Positions 26,517 to 29,136 of a stretch of 29,136 nucleotides of DNA are shown here, piece by piece. Under the pieces are notes generated by a model. The model ran no database searches, was not told the DNA's origin, and saw nothing but the letters and a program-made list of their open reading frames with translations. Numbering within the stretch: position 1 is the first letter of the stretch; each line of letters begins with the position of its first letter. Source of the DNA: an uncultured Candidatus Peribacteria bacterium (lineage in GTDB: Bacteria > Patescibacteriota > Gracilibacteria > Absconditabacterales > Absconditicoccaceae); the NCBI GenBank assembly GCA_964394325.1, contig CAYMVT010000001.1, forward strand, positions 1 to 29,136. Reading direction: 5' to 3'. Made by a program: the position numbers and the translations under genes.

Positions 26517-29136
26517 CTAAAAATATTCTTGCAATAAATCAACAGAAAGATTGGTTATTCAGTCATTATAATTGTGTTCTTGTGATAAATAATCTTGAAC
26601 ATGAGAAAGTGTAACATTCCCAAAATATCCTGTAGCTGAAACTCAATCAGTCCAATATCATTGAGAAATTAGATAGTTTTGAAGATTTTCTACATCATCT
26701 CATGAAACTCATACTGAAAGATTTCTTTGGTAATTAAAAGTTGCTTCATCAGTAGTTTCCTCTATTGTTTCTTCTTCAATTTCTATAATTTCCATCTGAT
26801 AATAATATACAAAATCATTAATCATGGCTCTTGCATGACTTCTTGATATTTCATTTCTTTCTATATTGAAGACTACTACAGACCAGATAAACTCATTATA
26901 AACTTGTACATACTCATCTAATTCATCTTCAGTTATTTGATTGGTGTTGTATAGTTCAATAATTTTATCAAAAATCATATCTTGCAGTAAAGATATTATT
27001 TGATTTAAGTTTTTATCTCTTGCTTGATAGACTGTTTTGTTAATTTTAGGAATATCAACTTCTTTGATATAAGATGAAATAAGTTCCTTTGCCTGTTGTT
27101 TGTGTTTTTCATAGTCTTGATAATAATCCAATGCTTGCTGAGCTAGCACAGGGTCTCTTTGCTGTCTATAATCCAAGACTTTTTCAAAAGTTTTTCTAAA
27201 GTTATCAAAAAGTTCTTCTTTTATCCAAAAAAGATTATCACTTACCAAAGATCTATTTTCTATATATTCAACCTCTCTTTCAAATATATCAGAAACTTGA
27301 TTCATAGCTGGTTGAAGATTTTGTGGAGCTCTATTTGTTAAGCTTTCTCTAACTCATTGACTAGTCTGTCATCTTCTAACAACTCTTCATTGCTCATCAG
27401 CTTCAATTGTTTCTTCGTATTCATCATCAATTTCTTCTATATAATAAATTTTTTCTTCTTCATCGTCTATATCCTCATCATGATCTTCTTCATCTACATC
27501 TTCTGGGTCACAAAATTGCCCCAATTGAGAATGTCTACAGCTAGCTCCATCTACTCTTTGCCATATATAATCTCACATATGTTTTTCACATACCATTTGA
27601 TGCTCTCTGCAAATAGGTGTTCAGCCTCAACCACCTCATCATCACGGAGAAGGAGTTGTAGCTTCATCTTTTTCTTCAAAATTAGCTACAACTACAACAT
27701 CCTTACCTGGCATATCGAAATTTGCTTCCATCGCACTTTCTACATTATTTATCTCATCCAAATCATCACTTGTCCATTTTTCAAACTGATAGTCTTGATC
27801 CCAATCACCTGCTTGAAGTTCTACCACTTTTCAAACTTCATAACTTCCAGCACCTGTCAAAGTAGCATTCACATCTTGTGGGTTTTGTTCTAATATAACC
27901 TCAAATTTTTTTGTTTCAAAATTAGCTGTTATGCTTATATCTTCTCAGGGCATATCAAAATTACAACTTTTTCATTTTCATTCACAAATATCTCCATCCC
28001 ATCAATCAAAATCTGACATTTTACCCTCTTCAGCTTGCAGCTTTATTTTTGTATCAAAAATCATACCAAAACTTTCAGAATCAGTAATTTCATCTTCATT
28101 ATCATTCCAAGTTAAATTTATCTTTCAGTTCCCAGAAACATCAAGCTCCAAGTCATATTCATTACTAAAAGAATGAGACCACAATTTTGTCTCATTATCA
28201 GCAAAGTCTTCTCACATTATATACAAAGTTTTCTTATCCTGTATTGTTATTGTTTTTTCTGAATCAGTATAGTTTAGCACACTTCATTCATCTTTTAAAT
28301 CAGACTTATTATCAAGTCAATAACCATAATAAATTCTACCTTCTTCCGTTAAAGAAACATCTATATCAATACTATCTTCAAATTCTGTGTCTCATCAGTC
28401 ATCAAGATTTATATTCAAAATAGGAGCAACCCTATCAGAAGTTCTCAAAAAAGAAGTTTGTTCAAAGTATATGTCTCAATCATCATAATTACTTTGTTTA
28501 ATACTTGGACGAGCATCTCCAGCCAAAGCATTCTCTAGTTCAAAATCAACAAAATCTCATTCTCAATTTGCTCAACTAAGAGCTGTAATTGGTTGATTAT
28601 CACCTCATAATCTAATAGTATATTCATTTTTATCAACTTTATCCAAATCAAATCAAGCAGAAAAATTGACTCTAATATGAGTAACACTCCCATCTCAATC
28701 AAAATCCTTAGTTTTTGCAGAACTTATAGATATATTCTCTGTTCATTGATAACGAACAGACTGTCTTGATTCTCCGTCCAAAAACAATCTAAATATATTT
28801 GTACCAACTTGAGTATTTTCATAATCAAGTATCAACTCAAACTCACAAGGAGTATTAGTATTTTTAGCTGACAAAGTAAAATTAGTATGTATTCATTTGT
28901 TAATATTTACTTGTTCACATCCTTGTTTTTTTTTACTTGATCAAATAGGAGCTCAAGTAGGAGATGTTATTTGTATGTCCTTATCATCTCAAGTAAATAC
29001 AACTACTGTCCTAATATTTATTATTTCTCCCAAAGACACTGTTCAAATATTATTAGAATACTCTGACTTACTTTCTCATCATTTTTTACCAAGTATATCA
29101 GATCAAATTAATTCTCAATAAACTGTAGAGAAACTA
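26517..29136 (-). CDS. Large acidic cell-surface protein (5'-truncated, >870 aa) with two divergent InlB-B-type repeats, a poly-Gly linker, a helical region and a C-terminal peptidoglycan-binding domain
   Basis: The frame is open from the window edge to TAG at 26517. It contains two ...W.......NFDMPG.D....ANFE repeats, PSP-G8-TPIC, a D/E-rich tract, and RNLSVGVSGDDVENLQNYL..QGY.....ATGYFGNVT (PG_binding_1-like). Confidence 0.82.

Overview
This is a very AT-rich bacterial chromosome segment, and every long protein-coding gene in it lies on the minus strand. It reads cleanly only if UGA encodes glycine (translation table 25): the invariant NADFDGD catalytic motif of RpoC and the GTPase and ATPase P-loops carry TGA at their Gly positions, while Trp is TGG. 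This points to Absconditabacteria (SR1) or Gracilibacteria in the CPR/Patescibacteria; I cannot decide between them from this window. The supplied ORF track uses the standard code, so it shows only fragments and antisense noise. In transcription order (right to left) the genes are: a 5'-truncated acidic surface protein with a peptidoglycan-binding C-terminus, an L,D-transpeptidase, a TIGR04552-like RelA/SpoT-type nucleotidyltransferase, a PilB/GspE ATPase, lgt, an SLH-like/TSP3/PKD surface protein with a 280-bp internal duplication, an O-antigen-ligase-like protein, a sulfotransferase, a degenerate MurF-like protein, der, rplJ, rplL, rpsB, a small membrane protein, tsf, rpsF, ssb, rpsR, rpmH, rpoB, rpoC and tRNA-Cys. 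The most novel-looking signals are non-coding. Two homologous structured elements (14516-14735 minus and 17184-17349 plus) have covarying hairpins, each contains a related small ORF, and they flank the ligase-sulfotransferase pair in inverted orientation. There is also a ~145-nt rod-shaped 6S-like RNA with its own promoter and U-tract, and an L10 leader with a visible terminator/antiterminator switch. All gene boundaries and translations were read by hand under table 25; family assignments come from motif recognition, not database searches.
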